From positions 190,428 through 254,427 of the forward strand of contig CAZLYB010000002.1 in the NCBI GenBank assembly GCA_964563795.1: 64,000 nucleotides of DNA, in the 5' to 3' direction. This document shows positions 33,207-45,129 of this stretch, in pieces; position 1 is the stretch's first letter, and each line of letters begins with the position of its first letter. Origin of the DNA: an uncultured Bacteriovoracaceae bacterium. Lineage in GTDB: Bacteria > Bdellovibrionota > UBA1018. The translations under genes and the position numbers were made by a program. The notes beneath the pieces are model-generated. The model searched no databases and was not told the DNA's origin. It worked only from the letters and a program-made list of their open reading frames with translations.

Positions 33207-34259
33207 TCAAGGGCGAGGACGAACCGGTTTCGGTTTGGGTTGCGCTTCATCGGAGTGATAGTCTTCGTAAGTCAATGTGCAGGTGGCGTCCTGATAGGCA
33301 GCATTATTCCGGCCGAGATTTTCCCGCGCGATTTTGAAAGGCCCTCTATAGTTCACTAGATTTACCACCCCTCCTTGCGTGGAGCTGCCGATTCTCTTAA
33401 CGGTTCTCTGCCCATTGTAGCCGTCTGAATAGACGGTGAGGTTGTAAGTCAAGCTGTCGTTGGGAGTGCTGCTGTTTTTGAAGACAGAGTTGACCGTCAT
33501 TTGAGGCCATCGACTTCCCATATCATGGGCGTTGAAATGATAAATCCGATAGGAAGGCGCGGGCGTTTGAGGGTTCAACGTTGGCAGGTAATCCAGGATC
33601 AAATGCTTTTTCGTAGCGCCCAAGCTCACCACCGCTTCTTTCCCAGCTTTGAAATCATTTGAATGACAAACGAGCTCCTTGAGTTTGAAGTGCGGGTCCA
33701 TGAAAGGAAGTGAGTTTGGTTCAAGGCGGGCGGTAGGATCATTTGAGGAAGCGGAAGAGGGAATGTTTTCCTTAATCGTATAATCAATGTCGCAAGTAAG
33801 GAGGAGAGCATCGCGCCCCGTTTGATTGCTCTTGAACTGACCATCACTGCCCATGATGTAGCTATTCGCCAAAACCACGCCCCGGTATTTCAACACGGAT
33901 CCCGGCCGATAACGGATGCGTTCATTATGATTGGACCACTCGGAGTCCGTGAAAAAAGTCAGCGCATAACGATCCTTAGCGTCGGTAAATTTGGAATGAA
34001 TGGTGATGTTTTTTAAATCGCAATCCAAAGCTTGGATAGAGAAATTTACGGGATAAGCTCCTTTTCCATCCTGGAAATTCACCAAAACCGAAGCAGAGTT
34101 TTTTTCAAACGAGGAGGAATGAAACGAAACACCCGAATCTTGGGATTCCATCCCGCACGACATTCTCTCGATCTCGCATACTAATGCGGAGGCATAACTA
34201 TAGGAATGAGTAAACAGAGCAAGAGCCGCAACAGCGGAAGCGTTAAGCGTTTTTTTCAT
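33207..34259 (-). CDS. hypothetical secreted protein (350 aa)
   Basis: Signal peptide MKKTLNASAVAALALFTHSYSYASA. Asn/Ser/Thr-rich, with several Cys. GC lower than flanking DNA. No recognisable motif. Confidence 0.45.
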   Translation of the reverse strand: MKKTLNASAVAALALFTHSYSYASALVCEIERMSCGMESQDSGVSFHSSSFEKNSASVLVNFQDGKGAYPVNFSIQALDCDLKNITIHSKFTDAKDRYALTFFTDSEWSNHNERIRYRPGSVLKYRGVVLANSYIMGSDGQFKSNQTGRDALLLTCDIDYTIKENIPSSASSNDPTARLEPNSLPFMDPHFKLKELVCHSNDFKAGKEAVVSLGATKKHLILDYLPTLNPQTPAPSYRIYHFNAHDMGSRWPQMTVNSVFKNSSTPNDSLTYNLTVYSDGYNGQRTVKRIGSSTQGGVVNLVNYRGPFKIARENLGRNNAAYQDATCTLTYEDYHSDEAQPKPKPVRPRP

Positions 34260-34388
34260 GCGACTTCATTAAACTAAATGAATTCAAAAATCAATTTCAA
34301 TCCAAGCCCCTCGGATAGCGGGAAATGGGGCATTTTTGTACCTCCAGCTACCTTGTTTATTGATAAAAATTAAGTAAGTTGAGGCGTT

Positions 34389-35519
34389 GTGCGCCGTTTT
34401 TTACTCATTTTCTTATCTTTGAGTTTGAGCTCAGGAGGCTTTGCGGCCAACCCATCTTCCTCGCGTCTTTGTTCATCCGCCTTGGTTGCCGTCTCAGATC
34501 GGATCACTGAGAATGCCGCGCGTAAGGCGGAACAGGCTCTTTTAGCGAAGATTCAGGCGGCGAGGCAAGTTGAACTCCCCGTTCCCGCCCCGATTCGGGG
34601 CGCTCAAATGAGCTACTCAGCGAGATTGGCGATGATGAAGTCGATTCCCGCCGATGAGTATCGCCCGTGGATCACGATGATGAGATGGAGTTTAACGCTC
34701 GTTCTTCATCAAAAAAACGGATCCCTCGATTCTTCGATCGCTTGGGTGATCAGTGAGATGGATAAAGCCCTCTCTCAGTCGAACCTCAGTTACTACAACC
34801 TCATGAAGATGATGGAGGGATATGCGATTGCTTTGAGTTTGGACGGCAAGACGGTGGGAGCGACCAAAGTGGAGCTCAAATTAAAAATGCGGGATCACGC
34901 CATTTTGTTCCCGGAGGTCGCAGTCATTCCCACTCGCACATTCTTCGATCCCGATCAGACCGCTGCGCAATCCGCATTGGATGAAGTCGATTACGTGCCC
35001 GTCGATTTCATATGGGAATTTGACGAACCTTCCGGTTACTCCGCCTTTCTGAGGAAAAAACTGGATCGACCTCTCCGTGTTTACGAGTTCTGGGCGGCGA
35101 AGATTCAGCACTCCGAAAAAGCGGTGCCCATTCATTTTTTCATGAGCGCGTTCGAGCGGCACACGAAAAAAGTTTATGAAGACTTGAGGCAGGAGGTCCA
35201 ATCCTCGAATAATTTTTCGGAGAAGCCGGTCGATCACCTTTTAGTGATGAACCTCATTTGGGAAGAGCTCCATTACGGTCGGGAATCACTGTCGCTGACC
35301 AGGGAAGCCGTATTGAGCAAGGAGAAAATAAAAACGATCAATCTCTTGGCGATTGAAGCCAAGCTGAACCGGCTCGGGTACGAGAAAGGAAAAATTAAGT
35401 CCGATCTTTTGAAGATGATTCAAAAGATCGAGGATATTTTCAAATTCAATCCTCTTTTAACTTTGAATGAGCTCAGGGAAAAAATTCACGGTGAGTGGGT
35501 CGCGTCCCGAAAGAATTAA
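34389..35519 (+). CDS. hypothetical secreted protein (376 aa)
   Basis: Signal peptide [20 protein letters not shown]. Lower GC. Divergent from the 33207..34259 gene. No recognisable motif. Confidence 0.45.
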   Translation: MRRFLLIFLSLSLSSGGFAANPSSSRLCSSALVAVSDRITENAARKAEQALLAKIQAARQVELPVPAPIRGAQMSYSARLAMMKSIPADEYRPWITMMRWSLTLVLHQKNGSLDSSIAWVISEMDKALSQSNLSYYNLMKMMEGYAIALSLDGKTVGATKVELKLKMRDHAILFPEVAVIPTRTFFDPDQTAAQSALDEVDYVPVDFIWEFDEPSGYSAFLRKKLDRPLRVYEFWAAKIQHSEKAVPIHFFMSAFERHTKKVYEDLRQEVQSSNNFSEKPVDHLLVMNLIWEELHYGRESLSLTREAVLSKEKIKTINLLAIEAKLNRLGYEKGKIKSDLLKMIQKIEDIFKFNPLLTLNELREKIHGEWVASRKN

Positions 35520-35947
35520 CGCTTCGGCGCGTTCTTCGCGATGTACTCCACCACGTCCTTCAAGCTCGCTCCCGGCGTGAAAATCATGTGCACGCCCGCT
35601 TTCTTGAGCGGCCCAAAATCCTCGTCCGGGATGATCCCACCCACGACGAAGATCACATCCTGAAGCCCGGCATTTCTCACTCCATGAATGACCTCAGGCA
35701 CAAGCGCATTATGCGCGCCTGAGAGGATGCTGAGGCCCACGACCTGAACGTCTTCTTGAACAGCGGCGCGCACAATCATGTCCACCGTTTGGTGAAGGCC
35801 CGTGTAAATCACTTCAAAACCCGCGTCCCTAAGCGCCCGGGCGATGACCTTGGCGCCGCGGTCGTGGCCGTCGAGCCCGGGTTTGGCGACGAGCACCCTG
35901 ATTTTTTCGTGTTCGGTTCTAGCGGTTTCAGATGGTCTCTTGCTCAT
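35516..35947 (-). CDS. methylmalonyl-CoA mutase small subunit-like, cobalamin-binding domain
   Basis: 143-aa protein with the B12-binding DxHxxG motif ([13 protein letters not shown]) and a Rossmann-like fold ([24 protein letters not shown]). Adjacent to the catalytic subunit. Confidence 0.8.
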   Translation of the reverse strand: MSKRPSETARTEHEKIRVLVAKPGLDGHDRGAKVIARALRDAGFEVIYTGLHQTVDMIVRAAVQEDVQVVGLSILSGAHNALVPEVIHGVRNAGLQDVIFVVGGIIPDEDFGPLKKAGVHMIFTPGASLKDVVEYIAKNAPKR

Positions 35948-35956
35948 GATTTTTTC

Positions 35957-37611
<1,655 letters not shown>

Positions 37612-37615
<4 letters not shown>

Positions 37616-38799
37616 GCGCCCCCCAGCTCCTGAGCGGCGATCACGAGGCGCTGGATCTCCGAAGTCCCCTCGTAAATTTCGGTGATCTTGGAGTCACGGT
37701 AATTTCGCTCGACGACGTACTCCTTGGTGTAGCCGTAGCCGCCGTGGACCTGGATGGCTTTGGTCGCGATCCAAGTGGATGCCTCGGATGCGGCGAGCTT
37801 CGCCATGGCGGCTTCTTTGGTGTACTTGAGCCCGAGGTCTTTGGTGCGGGCTGCGTTCCAGGTGAGGAGGCGCGCCGCTTGGAGGCGCGTGGCCATATCG
37901 GCGATGTGGAATTGAATGGCCTGGAGCTTGGCGATCGGCGCCCCGAATTGCTCGCGCTCGAGCGCGAATTTCTTCGAAGCGTCGAGCGCGCAGCGGGCGA
38001 TGCCCAATGCCTGGGCCGCGATCCCGATGCGTCCGCCATCCAGCGTGTGCAGCGCGATCTTGAGGCCTTGGCCGATTTCGCCCAGGAGCGCGTTCTCCGG
38101 CACGAACACGTCGTCGAAGAAAAGCTGCGCCGTCGAAGACGCGTTGATGCCGAGCTTGTCCTCGAGCTTCGAAACTTGAAATCCCTTGGCTTTAGTGTCG
38201 ACGATGAAGGCGGCGATTCCTTTGTAGCCTTTCGCGGGATCGACATTCGCGAATAGGATGCAGGTGTCGGCTTCTTTTCCGTTGGTGATCCAGTTCTTGG
38301 TGCCTCGGATGCTGTAGCCGCCCGCGATTTTCTTGGCTTGGCACTTCAAACCTGCGGGATCGGATCCGTGTCCTGGCTCCGAGAGCGCGAAGCATCCGAG
38401 CTTTTCGCCGCGGGCGAGGGGCGCGAGGAACGTCTTTTTTTGCTCAGGCGTCCCGAAGTGCTGGATCGGGGAGCAGGTGAGGGAATTGTTCACCGAGAGG
38501 ATCACCGCGGTCGAAGCGCAGGCGGCCGCGATTTCTTCAATCACCATGGCGTAAGAAACCGCGTCGCAACCCGAGCCTCCGAACTCCTCAGGGACCATCA
38601 TTCCCATGAGGCCCATCCCGCCCAGGGATTTGATGATCTCGGCGGGGAACTTCCCGCTTTCATCGAGATGCTTGGCCTGGGGGGCGATCTTGGATTGCGC
38701 GAAGCTCCGAACTTGCTCGAGGAGGAGCTTTTTGGATTCATCAACTTCAGGCCAGCCGAAATAGGGGACCAAGGATTCAGCGTTCATGCTCAAAGCCAC
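37612..38799 (-). CDS. acyl-CoA dehydrogenase
   Basis: 395-aa protein with ACAD motifs ([60 protein letters not shown]). Confidence 0.9.
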
Positions 38800-38802
38800 T
38801 CC

Positions 38803-39594
38803 TCAAAGCCCCTTGAACTGGGGTTTTCTTTTTTCAGTGAAAGCGCCCATGCCTTCGCGTTGATCCGCGCTGCCGAAAAGCTGCCCGAACGAAAGCGCCT
38901 CGGCGTCGAGCTTGAAGTTGAGGCCGATGGATTCGGAGAATTCGTTCATGAGCAACTTGGCGCGCGCGATGGCGGGCTTCGATTGCGAGCCGATTTTTTT
39001 CGCAAGCTCCAGCGCCTGCGCGAGGAAAGTTTCGGCATCCTTGGCTTCAAACACGTGGTTGACGAGCCCCATCTCCTTGGCCTGGGCGGCGTTGATCCGC
39101 TCCCCGCTGAAGATCAGCTCTTTAGCGCGGGGAAATCCCACGAACTTCGCGAGCCTCACCGTGCCGCCGAACCCAGGGATGATCCCCAGGCCCACTTCGG
39201 GCTGGCCGAAGACCGCTTTTTCGCTCGCGACGATGAAGTCGCAGGAAATCGCGAGCTCCGTCCCACCGCCCAAGGCGTAACCGTGAACCGCGGCGATGGT
39301 GGGCATCGGCGCGAGCTCTAATAACTTAGTCACTTCATGCCCGAGCTGCGCGAAGCGAACGGCCTCAGCTGAGTTCTTGTCCCGCATTTCTGCGATGTCC
39401 GCGCCCGCGACGAAGGCCTTTTCGCCGTCGCCCGTCAGCACGATCACGCGGACGGACGAGTCACGCGTTTTTTCGGAGAGCACGGCTTTCAGCTCGTGGA
39501 GCACTTCGGTGTTCAGCGCGTTCAACGCTTGCGGACGCGAGATTTTAATCAGGCAAATTCCGGGCTCAATTTGGGAGAGAATGAGGTTTGGCAT
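38803..39594 (-). CDS. enoyl-CoA hydratase (crotonase family)
   Basis: 263-aa protein with VIVLTGDGEKAFVAGADI, AAVHGYALGGGTELAISCD and catalytic Glu residues. Confidence 0.85.
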   Translation of the reverse strand: MPNLILSQIEPGICLIKISRPQALNALNTEVLHELKAVLSEKTRDSSVRVIVLTGDGEKAFVAGADIAEMRDKNSAEAVRFAQLGHEVTKLLELAPMPTIAAVHGYALGGGTELAISCDFIVASEKAVFGQPEVGLGIIPGFGGTVRLAKFVGFPRAKELIFSGERINAAQAKEMGLVNHVFEAKDAETFLAQALELAKKIGSQSKPAIARAKLLMNEFSESIGLNFKLDAEALSFGQLFGSADQREGMGAFTEKRKPQFKGL

Positions 39595-40478
39595 CAGGCT
39601 TTCGATTCATAGCGGTGGAAGCCGCGCCCTGTTTTTCGTCCCAGCCATCCAGCAGCGACGTGGTTTTTGAGCAGCGGCGCCGGGCGGTAGCGGGGGTCCC
39701 CCAGTCCTTCGTGCAGGACTTGAAGGATGGCGAGGCACGTGTCGAGTCCGATGAAATCCGCGAGCTCAAGCGGGCCCATGGGTTGGTTCGTGCCGAGCTT
39801 CATCGCAGTGTCGATTCCCTCGGCGCTCGCAACGCCTTCTGAGAGCGCGGTGATCGCTTCGTTAATCATCGGCATGAGGATGCGGTTGACCGCGAAGCCG
39901 GGAAAGTCTTTGGCTTCGACGAAGGTCTTGCCCATTTTTTCTGAGACTGCTCGTACGGTTTGAAAGGTCTCGTCGGAGGTTTGGAGTCCACGGATTCCTT
40001 CCACGAGCTTCATGAGGGGGACGGGGTTCATGAAGTGGATGCCGGCGACGAGCGATGGGCGCTGCGTTTGCGCCGCGATCGCGGTCACGCTGATCGAAGA
40101 AGTATTGGTCGCGAGAATGACGCCTGGGGGGCAAGCGGCGTCGAGCTCCTTGAACAGGCGGTATTTGAGTGCGGGGTTTTCGGTGGCGGCTTCGATGACG
40201 AATCCCGCCGCTGAGAGATCTTTGAGACCCGCCACTGGCTGGATCATGGCTAAGGTTTTGTCGCGATCTGCGGCTTGGATTTTCGCTTTTTCGACGAGCT
40301 TGCTGAGCTGAGCTTCGATCTTGGCCTTGCCCTTTTGAGCGAGCTCAAGGCTCTGGTCAGCGAGTAGGACCGAGAAACCGGATTGAGCCGCGGTTTGGGC
40401 AATGCCGATGCCCATTTGGCCCGCGCCCAGGACGCCGAGCACTCGAGGAAGATTGGATTGAGTCATACTCCAACTCAA
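39594..40478 (-). CDS. 3-hydroxyacyl-CoA / 3-hydroxybutyryl-CoA dehydrogenase
   Basis: 294-aa protein with NAD-binding LGVLGAGQMGIGIAQ, the 3HCDH N- and C-domain pattern (ATNTSSISVT, HFMNPVPLMKLVE). Confidence 0.85.
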   Translation of the reverse strand: MSWSMTQSNLPRVLGVLGAGQMGIGIAQTAAQSGFSVLLADQSLELAQKGKAKIEAQLSKLVEKAKIQAADRDKTLAMIQPVAGLKDLSAAGFVIEAATENPALKYRLFKELDAACPPGVILATNTSSISVTAIAAQTQRPSLVAGIHFMNPVPLMKLVEGIRGLQTSDETFQTVRAVSEKMGKTFVEAKDFPGFAVNRILMPMINEAITALSEGVASAEGIDTAMKLGTNQPMGPLELADFIGLDTCLAILQVLHEGLGDPRYRPAPLLKNHVAAGWLGRKTGRGFHRYESKA

Positions 40479-40515
40479 GTATCCAATGCTTACGTCAAGT
40501 GCAAGGGGTAGTGAA

Positions 40516-41205
40516 TTATTGGCTCACCGGGGGGCAATAGCAGTAATTTAGATTTCCCTCGCATTTTTTAGCGCCAGCTTTTTTAAGTAGCGAAACAATG
40601 GTGTTTCCCATGAAATCCCTAACGACAGCGCCGACACTCGCAAGGTCGGCTTCATCGGCGATCGCATCATCGAGGTCAGAATGAGGTGTACGAATTCGGC
40701 AGGAGAACTTATTGAGGTCGATCGTATTTTTTATATTTTTCAGCCTCATTTTTTTTGATGCCTCCAATAGGAGGTTTACCGCCAAAATCGAGTGACGGCT
40801 GATTGCATAGCCCAACGGGGTATTTGGAGGCAGCATCCCTCTTGAAATCCCTTCCCTGAATGAAAGAGTGTTGATCAGTTGGCTGACTTCATCCAAGAGC
40901 ACTCCATTTTCAGCGAGGAACTCGATGAGTTCAGGATGACACTTAATTTCTTTTCCTTGATTAACCCCTAAATGGCATCCGATCGCCGCATAAGCGATGA
41001 GGTTGAGCCCAAAAACCCTGTCATTTGGAAAAAATTCGCCATTTTGAATCATATCCTGCAGCGCTTTTTTATCACCCCGGTCGATTACATTTTTAATATG
41101 GAGAAGAGGATTCTCCTGAGAAAATGCGCTCCATGAATTCGCTGCAAATGCTGCCAAAACCAAGCCACAACACACCGATTTATTTATTAAACTAAAAAAT
41201 TTCAT
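40516..41205 (-). CDS. secreted ankyrin-repeat protein (lower-GC islet)
   Basis: ATG at 41205 with GGAG RBS; the track ORF begins at a GTG at 41220. Signal peptide MKFFSLINKSVCCGLVLAAFAANSWSA. Ankyrin-like units (NTPLGYAISRHSILAVNLLLEASKK; DRVFGLNLIAYAAIGCHLGVNQG). The region is visibly more AT-rich than its neighbours. Confidence 0.5.
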   Translation of the reverse strand: MKFFSLINKSVCCGLVLAAFAANSWSAFSQENPLLHIKNVIDRGDKKALQDMIQNGEFFPNDRVFGLNLIAYAAIGCHLGVNQGKEIKCHPELIEFLAENGVLLDEVSQLINTLSFREGISRGMLPPNTPLGYAISRHSILAVNLLLEASKKMRLKNIKNTIDLNKFSCRIRTPHSDLDDAIADEADLASVGAVVRDFMGNTIVSLLKKAGAKKCEGNLNYCYCPPVSQ

Positions 41206-41243
41206 TTGCTCCGAATACACTAAAATAGTTAATCAGTGAAGCC

Positions 41244-42644
41244 TTATTTCCCAATGCAAAACCCCGTAAAAATCCGCGTGAGCAGGTCATCGGCCAAAGT
41301 GACACCAATGATGGGACCTAGCGAATGAAGCGCCTGGCGCAGATCCGCCGCTAGAAATGCTGGCTCCTGAGCCAGGCGAGCGCGGTTGAGGTGTTCCAGT
41401 GCCTCACGAACGGCACGTAGGTGGTCCAAGCGAGTGAGGAGCACTTCTTGAGGGGAGCGGTGAATTTTCGCTTCGCAAAGCGAGACCAGCTGTTCAACCG
41501 TTTCTCTAAGGCCCTGGCCGTTTTGAGTGGAAGTGGCGATCCACTGCCGAATTCCTCTGAAGGAGGTTGGAGTAGGCGCAGTCCCCACTAGATCGAGCTT
41601 CGTGAAAATCCCAAGGGCCTCCGGCGGATGGGGAGTGCCGCTTAGGATCGAATTCCATGACGCCTCAATCTCCATCAGCTGCTTGGACGAGCTTGAGGCT
41701 TCGACAAGCAAGAGCACCAAATCCGCTTTTCTCGCTGCGGCCGTGGCGCGCTGAATTCCCTCACGTTCAATGGGATCGAGCGAGGCGCGGAGTCCTGCCG
41801 TATCTTCGAGGTTCAAGGTGATGCTGCTGGATTTTCCACGAAGCGTGATCCGCTCCCGCACGAGGTCGCGCGTGGTACCGGCGATTTCAGAGACGATGGA
41901 GCGGTTCTCGCCCAGGATCGCGTTGAAGAAGCTCGATTTTCCGACGTTGGGAAGACCGATGAGCGCGATCCTGAACCCTTCTTGGAGCCGGGTACCCCGG
42001 TCAAAACTGTTTTCGAGGCGCTCCAGCGTCCCGATGAGCGGCGGAATTTTCCGGATCAACCGACTGAGGCTCACTTCATCGATGTCCTGATCCGAGAAAT
42101 CAATCCCCAGTTCCGCAAGCGCGGCGAGCTGCCGGAGCTCCTCGGCGAGCTCCGAGAACAAGCGTTGCTGCGTGCCCGAAAGTTTCTCGAGCGCGAGCGC
42201 GAGCGCTCCATCGTTGCTCGCGGAAATCACTTCCGAGACGGCCTGAGCCTGTGAGAGCGTGAGGCGCCCGTTCCTCACCGCGCGAAAACTGAATTCCCCC
42301 GGCAGCGCCTGGCGCGCGCCGAGTGAGACGATCGCCTCAAGAACCCGCTCCGCAACGAAACTCCCGCCATGCAGGAAATATTCGACGCAGTCTTCGCCCG
42401 TGTAACTGCGTGGCGCATCGAAGCGCGCCGCGAGCGCATCATCAAGCAGCGCGTCCGTGGAAGGGTTTCGAAGCAGCACGCGAGTCATGGAGCGCGGTTG
42501 GAATTTGCTCAAATCAGGAACACGCGAAAGTTTGAGCAATGTTTCGTGCGCCCGCGGGCCGCTCACGCGCAGTATCGAAAGGGCACCACCGGTCGCCGCG
42601 GCGATCGCCGCGATCGTGTCTTCGGCGAAATAATCAGCGGACAT
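41244..42644 (-). CDS. mnmE: tRNA modification GTPase MnmE
   Basis: 466-aa protein with a G domain (GLPNVGKSSFFNAILG, DTAGLR, TKLD) and the diagnostic C-terminal CIGK. Confidence 0.9.
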   Translation of the reverse strand: MSADYFAEDTIAAIAAATGGALSILRVSGPRAHETLLKLSRVPDLSKFQPRSMTRVLLRNPSTDALLDDALAARFDAPRSYTGEDCVEYFLHGGSFVAERVLEAIVSLGARQALPGEFSFRAVRNGRLTLSQAQAVSEVISASNDGALALALEKLSGTQQRLFSELAEELRQLAALAELGIDFSDQDIDEVSLSRLIRKIPPLIGTLERLENSFDRGTRLQEGFRIALIGLPNVGKSSFFNAILGENRSIVSEIAGTTRDLVRERITLRGKSSSITLNLEDTAGLRASLDPIEREGIQRATAAARKADLVLLLVEASSSSKQLMEIEASWNSILSGTPHPPEALGIFTKLDLVGTAPTPTSFRGIRQWIATSTQNGQGLRETVEQLVSLCEAKIHRSPQEVLLTRLDHLRAVREALEHLNRARLAQEPAFLAADLRQALHSLGPIIGVTLADDLLTRIFTGFCIGK

Positions 42645-42661
42645 TTTCGCTCACAAAAAAA

Positions 42662-44302
42662 TCAGCGGGCCTGAACCACCACGTTCGTGTTCACGCGAGG
42701 TTTGAGATCGAGCTTCTTATTGAGGTAGAGCTGCTGCGCGATGCTCGCGATCGCGTTGACCAGCATGTAGAGCGTGAGGCCCGAAGGCAATGAGATCATG
42801 AGCAGGCCGAAGAACACCGGCATGAACTGCATCATCTTTTGCTGAGCGGGATCCGCGGCCGGAGTCGGCGAAAGTTTTTGCTGAAGGTACATCGTCACGG
42901 TCAGGAGGATCGGGGTGACGTAAAAAGGATCGTGGCTTGAGAGGTCCTTGATCCAGAAGATGAAAGGCGCGTGATACAGCTCGATCGAGCTGTAGAGCAC
43001 CCGGTAGAGCGCGAAGAACACCGGCATCTGAATCAGGATCGGCAAGCAACCCGACATGGGGTTGTAGCCATGGCTCCGCATCAGTGACAGCATTTCTCGG
43101 TTGAGCGCCTCTTTATTGTCTTTGTATTTTTCGCGGAGCTTCTGAAGTTGAGGCTGGATGCGAGCCATTTCCTTCATGCTCTTCATGCTCTTGTAAGTCA
43201 GCGGATAGGTGATGAGCTTGATAAAGAGCGTGAGGACGATGACGGACCATCCGTAGTTTCCGATGAACAAATAGAGCCACTTCAAAAGCTTCAAAATCGG
43301 ATAGGCCACCAAAGTAAACCAACCCAAATCAATTGTATGATCCAAGAGAGGATCGACGGCGCGAAGGGCGTGGAGCTCCTTGGGTCCGAAGTAAGCTTTC
43401 AGGGGAATCGAAATCGAAGTCCCTGCTCCCGGAGCTGCGGTGATCGGATAGACCAAACTCAAGCGACCCGCCTTGGGCCCGGCGGATTGCAGAAGTCCCC
43501 GTGGTTCGGAGCCTTCGCCGGCGAGAACGCTCATGAGAAAGTAGCGGTTCGTCGCCCCGATGTATTTGACGTTGGTGGCGATCGGCGTGAGATCAACCTC
43601 TTTTTCCACGGTGTGGCGCTCCAGTTTGGACGCACTCCAATAGATCAGCTGCCGATCCGCCGCTTCGGGGTCTTTTTCCAAAATACTTTTTGAATAAAGG
43701 GAGACGAACGCGTGAGCGGGGGCTTGCGCCTTGAATTGGGCGTCGATGCGGATTTGAACCGAAAGCTGATCCGGCGCGGGGGTGAAAAGCCGGGTGAGCT
43801 TTACTTTCGCATCCTCATAACTCCAGAGCACGCCTTGTGGAGTTGAAGAGAGTTGGCCTTTGACTTCATTGAGGTAGCTGTATTGGGCATCATCGAATGC
43901 GAGCTCGATTTCGCCATTTTCATGGGTGACCGAGGAAAGGTCCACTCGCGCGGCATTCGCATTGATGTTGAGTTTGTAGCTTTTCAGCTCCCACCCAACG
44001 AAAAAGCGATGGCCGCTGCCGATTTTCGCTTCACCGGTCCCTGTGGAAAGCGGGAGAAAGTCGGGGCCAGCATTTCCACGCAGAGCCGCGGAAGGCGGAG
44101 TTTTTTGGAGGGTCGCAGGGGCGAGCGCTTGGGTGGGGGAAGAGGGAGGGTTCGGCGAGGTCGACTGGGTCGTTACGGCGACCGGCGCAGATTTGCCGGG
44201 TTCGAGATAATACTTTTGCCAAGCGACGAAGATGGCAAAACTCAAAGCAAAAGCGATTACGGTTTTACGATCCATTCGAGAGTTCCTTTGGAACAGGGTC
44301 AA
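42662..44302 (-). CDS. yidC: membrane protein insertase YidC
   Basis: 546-aa protein with an N-terminal TM, a large periplasmic domain and a C-terminal five-TM core ([29 protein letters not shown]..., [16 protein letters not shown]). Confidence 0.9.
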   Translation of the reverse strand: MTLFQRNSRMDRKTVIAFALSFAIFVAWQKYYLEPGKSAPVAVTTQSTSPNPPSSPTQALAPATLQKTPPSAALRGNAGPDFLPLSTGTGEAKIGSGHRFFVGWELKSYKLNINANAARVDLSSVTHENGEIELAFDDAQYSYLNEVKGQLSSTPQGVLWSYEDAKVKLTRLFTPAPDQLSVQIRIDAQFKAQAPAHAFVSLYSKSILEKDPEAADRQLIYWSASKLERHTVEKEVDLTPIATNVKYIGATNRYFLMSVLAGEGSEPRGLLQSAGPKAGRLSLVYPITAAPGAGTSISIPLKAYFGPKELHALRAVDPLLDHTIDLGWFTLVAYPILKLLKWLYLFIGNYGWSVIVLTLFIKLITYPLTYKSMKSMKEMARIQPQLQKLREKYKDNKEALNREMLSLMRSHGYNPMSGCLPILIQMPVFFALYRVLYSSIELYHAPFIFWIKDLSSHDPFYVTPILLTVTMYLQQKLSPTPAADPAQQKMMQFMPVFFGLLMISLPSGLTLYMLVNAIASIAQQLYLNKKLDLKPRVNTNVVVQAR

Positions 44303-44540
44303 ACCCCGGGTTGGAAAAAGGGTGGCAACGAGAAATCCGTTTCAGCGCGAACCATGAACCTTTGAGGAGGCCATGCCTTTGAATCGCTTCCTCGCAGTAC
44401 CGGCTGCAGGTGGGATCAAACCGGCATCCCGAAGATGAGCCCACGAGGAGGTGCAAAGCGGGGCTAATGAAGATTCGATAGACTTTAAAAATCATGAGGA
44501 TCGAGCCTGCGAGCCTTGGGACTTTAGATGGTCGGCCCAT
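44265..44540 (-). CDS. yidD: membrane protein insertion efficiency factor YidD
   Basis: YidD/haemolytic-domain signature [40 protein letters not shown]. Overlaps the yidC start, the standard arrangement. Confidence 0.8.
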   Translation of the reverse strand: MGRPSKVPRLAGSILMIFKVYRIFISPALHLLVGSSSGCRFDPTCSRYCEEAIQRHGLLKGSWFALKRISRCHPFSNPGFDPVPKELSNGS

Positions 44541-44878
44541 TCCTGAGAGAGCGCATTTTGCAGCTTCTGCGCGTAGAGGTAAGTCATTTTTTTATGAGCG
44601 GGGATGACGACGTTGTAATCATAGGGGCCCAACAGAGGAGCCTGTCTCCTGAATGCCTCTCGAACGACGCGTTTGACTCGGTTTCTTTCAACCGAACTTC
44701 CACGGGCTTTCAAGGTGATTCCGAGGCGGAAAGAATTCATTTCATTCTGAATGCGGAAAACCACGGCTTCCGTCAGGCGGAAGGCTTGACTGCCCTGGAA
44801 AAAACGCCGGTACTCCCAGCGATAATGCAGGCGGTTCTTGAATTCGAGCCGCTGAGGATTATTTGCCAGCTGCTTCAA
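44492..44878 (-). CDS. rnpA: ribonuclease P protein component
   Basis: 128-aa basic protein with the RnpA motif region ([27 protein letters not shown]). Lies between rpmH and yidD. Confidence 0.8.
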   Translation of the reverse strand: MKQLANNPQRLEFKNRLHYRWEYRRFFQGSQAFRLTEAVVFRIQNEMNSFRLGITLKARGSSVERNRVKRVVREAFRRQAPLLGPYDYNVVIPAHKKMTYLYAQKLQNALSQEWADHLKSQGSQARSS

Positions 44879-45008
44879 CGGTCAGGCGCTTGCGACCCTT
44901 TGCGCGGCGGCGCTTGAGGATGAGCCTTCCGGTTGGGGTTGCCATTCTGGCGCGAAAACCGTGCCTCCTCCGGCGTTTTGTTCGGCTGGGCTGATAAGTT
45001 CTTTTCAT
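44859..45008 (-). CDS. rpmH: 50S ribosomal protein L34
   Basis: Not in the ORF track (49 aa). Minus-strand translation [49 protein letters not shown] is a near-consensus L34. Divergent from dnaA. Confidence 0.9.
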   Translation of the reverse strand: MKRTYQPSRTKRRRRHGFRARMATPTGRLILKRRRAKGRKRLTVEAAGK

Positions 45009-45129
45009 AATAAATTTACCGTCCGCTGGTGTTAACGGACAGCGTCGTCATTGTCAAGATCGTCGCAGTAGTGCAAATAGTTTTTTTAAACCCTGCAGGC
45101 CCGGTGTTATAGAGGTTGAAGAGCGTTTT

